Origin: a virus
DNA length: 64,000 nucleotides
Reading direction: 5' to 3' (one strand)
IMG/VR virus record: IMGVR_UViG_3300048848_000007
Coordinates: 6,411 to 70,410 of that record
Made by a program: the position numbers and the translations under genes. The notes under the pieces are model-generated. The model was given only the letters and a program-made list of their open reading frames with translations. It had not been told where the DNA came from and did no database searches. Position 1 is the first letter of the stretch. Each line of letters starts with the position of its first letter. Positions 1 through 7,732 of the stretch are shown one piece after another.

Positions 1-2
1 AG

Positions 3-110
3 GGTTTGCCCCTCAACGCTTTCGCTACCAAGATCTTTCGCGGTTGCTGTAACCCTGACGATGTAATCGTCGGTGTAGCCATCCTGCTACAAGAAGACGA
101 GATGAAGTAA
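3..110 (+). CDS. Partial hypothetical protein (C-terminal end, runs off the window start)
   Basis: Frame 3 is open (GLPLNAFATKIFRGCC...EDEMK*); its stop overlaps the ATG at 110. Confidence 0.6.
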   Translation, partial: GLPLNAFATKIFRGCCNPDDVIVGVAILLQEDEMK

Positions 111-313
111 TGGACGGGTTCTATGCATTCTGCATGTGGACGGCTTTCGTAGCGTTCATGTCCTTCGCCACTGGTAAATACTTCCCGGCTACTGACATTC
201 GTAAAGACTGCGGCCTGACGGGTGAAACCATCATCAGCAAGACCGTAATCAAGTGCAAGCCCGTGGCTGCCATCGTGGATGGTCATCGGGTTAATTTCGA
301 GGAAAAGGAGTAG
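110..313 (+). CDS. Small hypothetical membrane protein
   Basis: 67 aa with a hydrophobic N-terminus; translationally coupled to its neighbours. Confidence 0.7.
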   Translation: MDGFYAFCMWTAFVAFMSFATGKYFPATDIRKDCGLTGETIISKTVIKCKPVAAIVDGHRVNFEEKE

Positions 314-315
314 TT

Positions 316-963
316 ATGGGTAGTATGATCAAGCTGTTTGGCAACATCACCGCACACGGTGTCGAGTACAAACTCCCCGACAAACCCCCTTCTGAACTGG
401 TCTGGGTTGACCCCAAAGGCCATGTGAACTGCTGGTGCTCGGTACTGGGTGGCACATCCGGTTCCAGCTCCAGTCCTCGGACCGAGTTCCGTGAAACCAT
501 CAACGAGTTCTCCAGTGATAAATACAACTGGATCGTGGATGGCAAGACTACACATACCCTCGCAGGCACTGTCCGTGTCGAGCTGGCTCCGTCCAGTGGC
601 AAGGTCATCGTCGGTCAGATCCATGCCCACCTTGCTGGCAATCCATTCCTGATGGTGACCTGGTGGAACGGGTACATCCGTGTGGACATGCGCTTCAAGC
701 CTGATGGCGATGCCGTCAACGTACTCAAGCTGGCCTGCCCACTGAGCAAGTCCTTCAAGTACCTGATCACCATCAGCCCTGAAGGGATCATCCACATCAA
801 CCTGAACGGTGAAACCTTCACCACCAACGTGGACACAGCGTGGAAGGCTTGCCCCTTCTATTACAAGTTCGGTGCGTACTGCATCGACCATGAAGGTCCA
901 GCTGAAGAAGGTGCGTGGGTCGTCTACGAAGACTTTGCGGCGTTGCACGATGAAGCAGCTTAA
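316..963 (+). CDS. Polysaccharide lyase family 7 (alginate lyase-like)
   Basis: Has the three PL7 signature regions in order: SPRTEFRE, GQIHAH and YYKFGAY. No signal peptide seen. Confidence 0.85.
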   Translation: MGSMIKLFGNITAHGVEYKLPDKPPSELVWVDPKGHVNCWCSVLGGTSGSSSSPRTEFRETINEFSSDKYNWIVDGKTTHTLAGTVRVELAPSSGKVIVGQIHAHLAGNPFLMVTWWNGYIRVDMRFKPDGDAVNVLKLACPLSKSFKYLITISPEGIIHINLNGETFTTNVDTAWKACPFYYKFGAYCIDHEGPAEEGAWVVYEDFAALHDEAA

Positions 964-1219
964 CCAAGGGCAGCGGTTCACAACCGATCCCTTGGAGGCG
1001 ATTCGCACGGCGTTCCACGTGGAACAATCCGATGTTGGTCTGACCCAAGGCATGTACTTGGGCCAGCACGACTACACCTTTCAGGCCGACGACGTAGGCC
1101 GTTTGGTCGAGGTTGTTCAAGACATGTCCCCCGGATTTCTTTCGTGGGGGTTTGGGTCTGTGTTTGCAGACCTGCGTCAGCAATACCCCGATCCCAAACC
1201 TTATGTAGTCGAGGTATGA
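950..1219 (+). CDS. Hypothetical protein (89 aa)
   Basis: ATG at 950 (MKQLNQ...) overlaps the end of the lyase gene; trimmed from the 809 ORF. Confidence 0.65.
   Translation: MKQLNQGQRFTTDPLEAIRTAFHVEQSDVGLTQGMYLGQHDYTFQADDVGRLVEVVQDMSPGFLSWGFGSVFADLRQQYPDPKPYVVEV
1011..1026. promoter_or_regulatory. parS: parS-like centromere site (CGTTCCACGTGGAACA)
   Basis: Perfect 14-bp palindrome GTTCCACGTGGAAC, matching the bacterial chromosomal parS consensus. Lies inside a CDS. Confidence 0.7.
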
Positions 1220-1222
1220 CCC

Positions 1223-1597
1223 ATGTCGCTGTTCCCCTTGGTTCCCGATGACCTGATTGAGCGTAGGAATCAAATCCTCCTGCGTATCCATCGGTTCGTT
1301 GAAGTACGGGACTTAGGCTTCGTCTTGGACGATAAGCCCAGCCCCTGCCACATCTGGACTGGTGGCGATTCTGGCAACGGTCGAGGCGGTGGCTATGGCC
1401 GTGTCTCCATCAATGGGGAAACAGCGGCTGTTCACCGTGTCGTCTACACCCATTTCTATGGGTATGTCCCTACAAAGAAACAGATCGATCACAAGTGCAA
1501 CAACCGCTTGTGCTGCAATCCTGCCCATCTTGAGATGGTCAGCCATCTCAAGAATCAGCGGCTCCGTGCGAAGCGAGCCAGGGAAACCAGAGCATGA
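1223..1597 (+). CDS. HNH endonuclease
   Basis: VHRVVY...IDHKCNNRLCCNPAHL...N motif. Confidence 0.9.
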   Translation: MSLFPLVPDDLIERRNQILLRIHRFVEVRDLGFVLDDKPSPCHIWTGGDSGNGRGGGYGRVSINGETAAVHRVVYTHFYGYVPTKKQIDHKCNNRLCCNPAHLEMVSHLKNQRLRAKRARETRA

Positions 1598-1899
1598 ATA
1601 CTGAATGCACTGAAGAGATGTATGAGGCGTTCAAAGAGGTGATGCGTGGTCCTAGCGCAGACACTGAGACTTACGCTGATCTGGTGAAAAATGCCATTGA
1701 AGCCGCACTTCGGGTGAAAGCTCGGGATGAACTGGAAATCCTTGGCTACACCCGAGAGGGCAAGCCGATCCATCCAATCAAACCAGGCATGATCGCCACT
1801 GCCTGCACCATCGTGTGTGCTGGCTGCCGGACAACCATCCGTGGCATGGGTGGCCCGATGCAAGGTGCCGTCTGCGTCCAATGCTGGGAGAAGAAGTGA
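1594..1899 (+). CDS. Hypothetical protein with C-terminal CxxC...CxxC (putative zinc ribbon)
   Basis: CAGC and CVQC motifs; overlapping start and stop codons with neighbours. Confidence 0.7.
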   Translation: MNTECTEEMYEAFKEVMRGPSADTETYADLVKNAIEAALRVKARDELEILGYTREGKPIHPIKPGMIATACTIVCAGCRTTIRGMGGPMQGAVCVQCWEKK

Positions 1900-2393
1900 T
1901 GAACCAAGAGAAGAAATTCGACTTCGAGCATATCGACGTCAAGCTGTACCTGGCGTTGAGAAAAGTCACAGCAGAGTATCAAGTGGTGGTTAACGGCCCT
2001 GAATTCTCTGGCTCTGGTGACTGGGTGATGATCAAACAGTGTGAAGATGCACTGGAAGAATTCGAGCTGTCCCACGGTCCACTGCCTGACTGGGCTGTTG
2101 CCCGTAACTGGGCCTACGAACTGGTGCCCGGTGCTCAGCTGATGACCAAAGACGGTCGTGTCACTGGCAATGCCCACATCTTACGATGCCATCCAAAAGA
2201 GTCCGGTCTTGAGTTGAGACCACTCTACGACTGCATCACTGATGCCGGTTCGTACATCCATGGATTCAGTGAAGCTGAAATTCACAATCAATTCTGGATT
2301 GGTGATTACGTCTCCGATCCACAAACCCTCATCGCCCGTTTCGGCAACCATGGCGAAGACTACGGAGTTCGGCAAAATGACTCAGTTCAGTGA
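1899..2393 (+). CDS. Hypothetical protein (164 aa)
   Basis: ATG at 1899 overlaps the previous stop (TGATG). Confidence 0.7.
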   Translation: MNQEKKFDFEHIDVKLYLALRKVTAEYQVVVNGPEFSGSGDWVMIKQCEDALEEFELSHGPLPDWAVARNWAYELVPGAQLMTKDGRVTGNAHILRCHPKESGLELRPLYDCITDAGSYIHGFSEAEIHNQFWIGDYVSDPQTLIARFGNHGEDYGVRQNDSVQ

Positions 2394-3018
2394 ATTCGGT
2401 GCTCGCCAGCGTTCCTACAAGCTGGTGCTCGATTACCTGCTCCAGTTCGGTATGACCAAGCTGGTCGAGAACGAAGACAGCGAGTACCCCAGAACCACTG
2501 GCGGACTCGTAGGATTCAGTCTGGGATCGTTTTCCAAGTCGGCTGTTAAGCCAGGTGACCTGGTTTTGCTGACCAGTGCCCATGCTGATAAGTGGCGTCT
2601 GAGCTGGCTCGTAGAGATGCTGCCCAACGAGATCTACCGCTGCGAGTCCCTGATAGACGGCGAGTTGGCTGACTGGTCCAACGTCGGCATCAGCTACTTT
2701 CATCGGCCCACAGTGGAACAACACCCCAACTGGAAGTGGACTGATGCTCAGCATGAGTTCTCTGACCGTTGGTTCGAGGCTGCCCGCAAGTGCGATGAGT
2801 ACATGTGGCGTCCCTGCTTACCTGACTTTCAGGAAGACGGATCTGTTGTTGTGGGGGTTCGGATGCGTCATGGCATGGGGGATTCCCCTCGTCCAACCAT
2901 CACCCTGCACCGCTGGAAAGCACTCACTGAGCGAATGCTCATCAACCGTTTCCGTGCCTTGGAGAAGACTGCCGAGGAACAATGGAAAGCTCACTGCGAG
3001 GCACGTAAAAATGTCTGA
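2377..3018 (+). CDS. Hypothetical protein (213 aa)
   Basis: Start MTQFSEF, coupled to the upstream gene; codon usage like its neighbours. Confidence 0.7.
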   Translation: MTQFSEFGARQRSYKLVLDYLLQFGMTKLVENEDSEYPRTTGGLVGFSLGSFSKSAVKPGDLVLLTSAHADKWRLSWLVEMLPNEIYRCESLIDGELADWSNVGISYFHRPTVEQHPNWKWTDAQHEFSDRWFEAARKCDEYMWRPCLPDFQEDGSVVVGVRMRHGMGDSPRPTITLHRWKALTERMLINRFRALEKTAEEQWKAHCEARKNV

Positions 3019-3397
3019 CCGTACCCCTACAACTGATGCCCTCGAAACCTTGGGCATGATCCACTTCAAGCCTGAAGCTCGTGATGCCATTCACCTTGCG
3101 GTGGATGCAGTGAAAGCAGGTTGTAATCTGTGTGCCGGTGAACGTATCGGCATCATTGACGGGGTTGCATGGCCTATCAATAAATTGATGGGGCATGAGC
3201 CGCCCAATGGCCATTTGACCTACAAAGTCCCGTATCACGGAATAGTCGATCCGTTCCTGCCAACCAAACGGTTGGGTGATACAGATATGACCTATAGCGT
3301 GCTGGAAGGTGAATCCTTCTGGTTCGTTATGGCTCCACGCATGGTCAAGAGCCTGCGTCATGTCTGGGAGCATCCTGATTTCCCGGAGGGTAAGTGA
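3011..3397 (+). CDS. Conserved N4-like hypothetical protein (gp22-like)
   Basis: DALETLG...RDAIHLAV...GIVDPFL...SLRHVWEHP pattern, recalled from N4-like phages upstream of the AAA ATPase. Confidence 0.7.
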   Translation: MSDRTPTTDALETLGMIHFKPEARDAIHLAVDAVKAGCNLCAGERIGIIDGVAWPINKLMGHEPPNGHLTYKVPYHGIVDPFLPTKRLGDTDMTYSVLEGESFWFVMAPRMVKSLRHVWEHPDFPEGK

Positions 3398-3750
3398 TGG
3401 AACATCCCTACCCACTGGAAGAACATGATGTTCGCTGTATGTGCGGTGATCCGGTGGCTCTGGCCTATGCCTGGATCAAAGGCTATGCCGAGAACCTCAA
3501 TGCCCTGTGCGGTGATCCAGACGACGAAGATGACGAATACTACGGTAGCGTTACCGTGGATGAGCTGCTGGAAGTTGCTGATAGCCAACAACCTCAAAGC
3601 GGTCATCGTTGGGGTGGTGACTACCTCTCCCGTGGTGGTGCTTTTGAAGGCTTATCCGTCGATCCCACCTTCTGGAAACACTACGCCGTGTTCCGGGGCA
3701 TCCCTGAAGACAAAGTGGAAGAAGCTCATTTCTTCTCCTGCTCCTGCTGA
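3394..3750 (+). CDS. Hypothetical protein
   Basis: Acidic 118-aa ORF ending CSC; start overlaps the previous stop. Confidence 0.7.
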   Translation: MMEHPYPLEEHDVRCMCGDPVALAYAWIKGYAENLNALCGDPDDEDDEYYGSVTVDELLEVADSQQPQSGHRWGGDYLSRGGAFEGLSVDPTFWKHYAVFRGIPEDKVEEAHFFSCSC

Positions 3751-3758
3751 GGCAAGCC

Positions 3759-4109
3759 ATGTCTGAACAGAAAATCACCATCGGCCTGATGGGGAGTCTG
3801 GTAAAGCCAATCCCTGACGGTCACAGAAATCCTCTCTGGGATGATATTCAAGATCGGCTGAACAAGGTCGATCTGGAGATCAACTACGAAGGCACGCTGA
3901 TCTATAGTCTGGAAATTCATAAAGACGCCTACGACTTCGACGGCCTGTCCATCGGCAACCCGGCCAACCCGGACGACTTCGTTCGTCTGTGTGCTGATCA
4001 GCTGATGCCCGTTTCACCTCACACCGTCGAGCCGTACTTCGCTCACTGGTACAACGGTGCAGACAGCCCAATGTCCACGCTGGAACTCGAAGAGTTCATG
4101 AAAACCTGA
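3759..4109 (+). CDS. Hypothetical protein
   Basis: 116-aa ORF with an upstream GAGG; followed by the parS site and a terminator. Confidence 0.7.
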   Translation: MSEQKITIGLMGSLVKPIPDGHRNPLWDDIQDRLNKVDLEINYEGTLIYSLEIHKDAYDFDGLSIGNPANPDDFVRLCADQLMPVSPHTVEPYFAHWYNGADSPMSTLELEEFMKT

Positions 4110-4110
4110 G

Positions 4111-4126
4111 TGTTTCACGTGGAACA
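4111..4126. promoter_or_regulatory. parS: parS-like centromere site (TGTTTCACGTGGAACA)
   Basis: Full 16-bp match to TGTTYCACGTGRAACA. Intergenic, immediately after a stop codon and before a terminator. Confidence 0.8.
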
Positions 4127-4127
4127 T

Positions 4128-4161
4128 AAAAATCCCCCATCGGAAACGGTGGGGGATTTTT
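4128..4161 (+). terminator. Rho-independent terminator (possibly bidirectional)
   Basis: AAAAATCCCCCATCG-GAAA-CGGTGGGGGATTTTT. Confidence 0.85.
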
Positions 4162-4192
4162 ATTTGGATATCAATTACTTATGGAGTTTCCC

Positions 4193-5233
4193 ATGGAACA
4201 GAACCTGTATCGTAGCACCCCGAGGAAGATCAGGGAGTACGTCCGGGACTGCATGTATGCAGGTCTGGTGCCGTATGTTCACTCTTCGCCGGGGATGGGC
4301 AAGTCAGCCATCATGGCCTCCCTGGCTAAAGAGCTGGACCTGAAGCTGATCGACCATCGTCTGTCCACTTCAGCCCCTGAAGACCTTTCCGGTCTGCCCC
4401 GTTTTCGTGAAGACGGCACTGCCGAATTCGCCCCGTTCGCTGACCTGTTCCCGCTGACCACTACTGCGATGCCGGAAGACAAGCAAGGCTGGATGCTCTT
4501 TCTCGATGAGTTCCCGTCTGCTTCCAAGTCGGTACAGGCCGCAGCCTACAAGCTGATCCTCGACAAGATGGTCGGCCAGCATAAGCTCCACGAGAACCTG
4601 TGCATTACGGCTGCCGGTAACCTGATGACCGACCGGGCCATCGTCAATCCGATCGGCACTGCCATGCAGAGCCGGGTAGTCCATCTGGAAATGGAACTCA
4701 GCTTTGATGAGTGGCTGTATGACGTGGCTCTGAAAGAGAACTACGACAGCCGGGTCATTGCTTACCTGTCCCAGTACCCGTCCAAGCTGATGGACTTCAA
4801 GCCCGACCACAACGAGAAGACCTTCTGCTGCCCTCGTACCTGGGAGTTCATGGAACGGCTGGTGCGAACCAAGGGGATGATCAAGGACGCTGACACGGCT
4901 CTGTACGCTGGCACCATCACCAGTGGTGTAGCAGCTGACTTCGTGCAGTTCACTCAGGTCTACGCCAACATCGTCAAGATCCCGGACATCCTCCGTGATC
5001 CTGCTGGCTGCTACCTGCCACAAGACGCCAACACTCGCTGGGCCACCATCTCTTCGATGATGGAACACGTGAACGAGAAGAACTTCGGTCCCATGTCCGA
5101 GTACGCCAATCGTTTCGATATGGCCTTCCGTATCCTGTTCTACCGCTCGGTGATGGTCCGTCAACCTGACCTGCGTACTCATGCTCCCTTCCGGGATGCC
5201 ATGTCCACCTTGTCCAAATACCTGCATGGGTGA
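4193..5233 (+). CDS. AAA+ ATPase (N4 gp24-like, MoxR-type)
   Basis: Walker A SSPGMGKS; Walker B LFLDEF. Confidence 0.9.
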   Translation: MEQNLYRSTPRKIREYVRDCMYAGLVPYVHSSPGMGKSAIMASLAKELDLKLIDHRLSTSAPEDLSGLPRFREDGTAEFAPFADLFPLTTTAMPEDKQGWMLFLDEFPSASKSVQAAAYKLILDKMVGQHKLHENLCITAAGNLMTDRAIVNPIGTAMQSRVVHLEMELSFDEWLYDVALKENYDSRVIAYLSQYPSKLMDFKPDHNEKTFCCPRTWEFMERLVRTKGMIKDADTALYAGTITSGVAADFVQFTQVYANIVKIPDILRDPAGCYLPQDANTRWATISSMMEHVNEKNFGPMSEYANRFDMAFRILFYRSVMVRQPDLRTHAPFRDAMSTLSKYLHG

Positions 5234-5236
5234 TCT

Positions 5237-6373
5237 ATGAACACACTGCCCGTTATCGATGAGTTCGAGCTGACCCGAGACTTTGACCGAACCAAGTCAA
5301 AGCTCTTCATCGGCAGCAATGCTGCGTTCTTCGGCTCTATCCTGTGCTCCATGGAGTTCATCTGGATGCCGGAGATCCCGACTGCTTGCACGGACGGTGT
5401 GTTCCTCGGCTGGAATCCTTACTGGTTCCTGAAGCTCCCCAAGAACACCCGTGTCACCGTGCTCATGCACGAGATCTGGCACGTAGGCCGTCTGCACGGA
5501 TTACGTCGTGGCACTCGTGACCCTGAATACTGGAATTACGCCTGCGATATCTGGATCAACAACCAGCTGGAGAAGGAGAAGTATTCGTTCGAGACAGTCG
5601 AAGACTGCTGGAAGAATCCCTACTACCTCGGCTGGGTGGAGGAAGACATCTACGATGATCTGGTCAAAAACCAGATACCTCCGCCTCCCGGTGGAACATG
5701 GGGGATGGGTGACTGTGACCTGAAGGAACCAAACGGGGATACTCAGGCCAAGAACCTCAACACCGTGGTCAAGGCTCTGCACACGGCCAAGGCCAGTGGT
5801 GCAGGCAGTCTGCCGGGTGACACCGAGATCATCATCAGGAAATTCCTGGAGCCTGTGGTTCCGTGGAACATCCTGCTGCTGGGCTTCTTCAACGACCTGC
5901 TCGATGAAGACTACACATGGGCCAGACCTAATCGCAGACACTCCGATATCTACCTGCCATCCCGTTTCACGGATGACGGTCGGTTGGAGCACCTGTGCTA
6001 CTACCTCGATGTGTCTGGTTCGATCAGCCGTCAGGATGTGATCCGCTTCAACTCTGAAGTCAAACACATCTGGGAGACGTTCAAGCCCCTCAAGCTGACC
6101 ATGATCCTGTTCGATACAGAGATCCAAAAGACCATCCAGTTCACGGAAGGGGACTTGTTCAACGAGATCCAGGTGACTGCTGGGGGCGGTACGTCCTTCA
6201 TCTGTGTGCGTGAGCACATGATGGAGACTCGGCCGACAGCTGCCATCATCTTCACGGATCTGGACTGTACCCCCATGTGTCCGCTTGATTACGATGTGCC
6301 CGTCATCTGGGTGGCAACTCGTGCAACAGGCCGGACAGTCCCTTTTGGCAAACTCATTCACATCAGGAAGTAG
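5237..6373 (+). CDS. Metallopeptidase-like plus vWA domain protein (N4 gp25-like)
   Basis: HEIWH zinc motif; MIDAS-like DVSGS; GGGT; adjacent to the AAA ATPase. Confidence 0.88.
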   Translation: MNTLPVIDEFELTRDFDRTKSKLFIGSNAAFFGSILCSMEFIWMPEIPTACTDGVFLGWNPYWFLKLPKNTRVTVLMHEIWHVGRLHGLRRGTRDPEYWNYACDIWINNQLEKEKYSFETVEDCWKNPYYLGWVEEDIYDDLVKNQIPPPPGGTWGMGDCDLKEPNGDTQAKNLNTVVKALHTAKASGAGSLPGDTEIIIRKFLEPVVPWNILLLGFFNDLLDEDYTWARPNRRHSDIYLPSRFTDDGRLEHLCYYLDVSGSISRQDVIRFNSEVKHIWETFKPLKLTMILFDTEIQKTIQFTEGDLFNEIQVTAGGGTSFICVREHMMETRPTAAIIFTDLDCTPMCPLDYDVPVIWVATRATGRTVPFGKLIHIRK

Positions 6374-6376
6374 TAC

Positions 6377-6880
6377 ATGGTCATCAACGGCAAGACGCTA
6401 TACGAGCTGGCCCCAATCAAGAACATGATCGCTGGCAAGGACACCGCCCATGGCACCAGCTATGGGCTGGGTGAAGCTGGCTACGATATCCGCATCAAGC
6501 AAGAGATCCGGTTTAAGCCCCAGCATCTACGTAATGGCATCACCAAGTTCGTACACGAAGTAGACGGATGGGGTAACCCCGGACGCTTCTGTCTGGCCTC
6601 GGCCATCGAAGAATTCGAGATGCCGTACAACCTGACCGGCATCGTCCACGACAAGTCCACTTGGGCACGTCGTGGCCTGTCAGTCTTCAACACCGTCATC
6701 GAACCGGGCTGGTCCGGTTTCCTGACTCTGGAGCTGGTCTACCAAGGGGAAGGTGAACTCCTTATCCCTGCTGGTTCAGGCATCGCTCAGGTCATGTTCC
6801 ACGAGCTGTCGGACGAGGCGGCCTACAACGGCAAGTACCAGAACCAGAAAGACAAGCCAGTCCCTGCCAAGAAATCCTGA
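6377..6880 (+). CDS. dcd: dCTP deaminase (N4 gp26-like)
   Basis: AGYDIR, DKSTWARRGL, VIEPGWSGFLTLEL, IAQVMF, YNGKYQNQ motifs. Confidence 0.92.
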   Translation: MVINGKTLYELAPIKNMIAGKDTAHGTSYGLGEAGYDIRIKQEIRFKPQHLRNGITKFVHEVDGWGNPGRFCLASAIEEFEMPYNLTGIVHDKSTWARRGLSVFNTVIEPGWSGFLTLELVYQGEGELLIPAGSGIAQVMFHELSDEAAYNGKYQNQKDKPVPAKKS

Positions 6881-6958
6881 TTGTTTTCTTGGATTGAAAA
6901 ACCCCTGAATCAAATAGGTAGTCGCTGCCTTTTCAGCGACATTACTGGAGAAGTACCC

Positions 6959-7171
6959 ATGGCATTTACCAAACTGAAATCTGGCGGTCAGCGTGTTCGT
7001 GTCGATCTGGCGAAGGTGGTTTACTTCACCGAGCTGGAAAGCGGCAGCACCTCGCTCAGCTTCATCAACGGCGACACTCTGGTCGTCGAAGAATCCTTCC
7101 AGACCGTCAGCAACCGTGCCAACGGTTCGGGCGAAGTGACCGCTGCTGTCTCGGTCGCTGAAGGCGCGTAA
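6959..7171 (+). CDS. Small hypothetical protein (FlbD-like beta pattern)
   Basis: GGAG Shine-Dalgarno; FTKL...VDLAKVVYF...TSLSFINGDTLVVEESF resembles the FlbD-like small-protein pattern. Confidence 0.6.
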   Translation: MAFTKLKSGGQRVRVDLAKVVYFTELESGSTSLSFINGDTLVVEESFQTVSNRANGSGEVTAAVSVAEGA

Positions 7172-7190
7172 GATTCCTGCCGGAACGCCT

Positions 7191-7450
7191 GGTCACCGTA
7201 AGTGACCCCGATGCACCTGTGCTGATTCACAGGCTGCATTGGTCAGGTAGCAGAGCTGCTCGGAGCAATATCATTCACCCCATGTGTAAGCCCTGCAATG
7301 CGCAGGCTTGTGGTAAGTAAGCTCAGAGCTGAAATGGTGATCTATGGTTTGTGGTTCGATTCCACTCGCTGGCAGTCAGGGGGACGCCCTGTGCTGCTAC
7401 CTGAACCAATGCAGCTTTCCCAATGAGAGAACTCCGGTTCTCTCTTTTTT
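7191..7450 (+). ncRNA. Putative structured ncRNA with a long closing stem and a tRNA-like T-arm
   Basis: 7233-7253 pairs with 7394-7415 (21 bp, one bulge). Internal hairpins include GTGG-TTCGATT-CCAC (7351-7365). Ends in a terminator. No plausible + strand ORF. Confidence 0.6.
7425..7450 (+). terminator. Rho-independent terminator
   Basis: GAGAGAAC-TCCG-GTTCTCTC followed by T6. Confidence 0.85.
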
Positions 7451-7732
7451 ATCGAGCCGGTTGGGAATGGCTGACTAGCGAAGGCGAAGCCGGAGTCTGT
7501 CTGGCATTCACGACTGGCCGCTGCCGCAGGCGACGTTCAGCTGACCCACTGCGGTGTGCCATGAGATACATAGAAGGGATGAGTTTCACCCCTATGTAAA
7601 TCAATGACTTAGACAGGGGGGTTCGTTCATCTGGATGAACACACCCCTGTTCAAATCCGAGTGCTATATCAGCCTGTATGTGCGCTATGCTATTCATGCT
7701 GTTCACTATCTCACAGACGTAGAGACACCATC
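7451..7732. other. Putative plasmid-type origin/operator region upstream of rep
   Basis: Non-coding; imperfect inverted repeats at 7569-7596 and 7613-7650; sits directly upstream of a Rep homologue. Confidence 0.45.

Noticed and set aside
4110-4343. 77-aa ORF starting MFHVEH
   Set aside because: It is a translation of the parS site and terminator and overlaps the AAA ATPase; unlikely to be a real gene.
4193-6373. AAA ATPase plus vWA/metallopeptidase pair as a novel system
   Set aside because: A conserved core feature of N4-like phages (gp24/gp25).
7340-7370. tRNA gene suggested by GGTTCGATTCC
   Set aside because: No acceptor stem, D-arm, anticodon arm or CCA at canonical spacing. Kept only as a T-arm mimic in a larger RNA.
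7191-7450. Retron msr-msd (long flanking inverted repeats), tmRNA or RNase P RNA
   Set aside because: No reverse transcriptase in the window, and the signature sequences of tmRNA and RNase P are absent.
7594-7612. TGTAAATCAATGACTTAG as a dif/Xer or att site
   Set aside because: Does not match the dif consensus, and there is no recombinase in the window. Mentioned only as part of the origin-like region.
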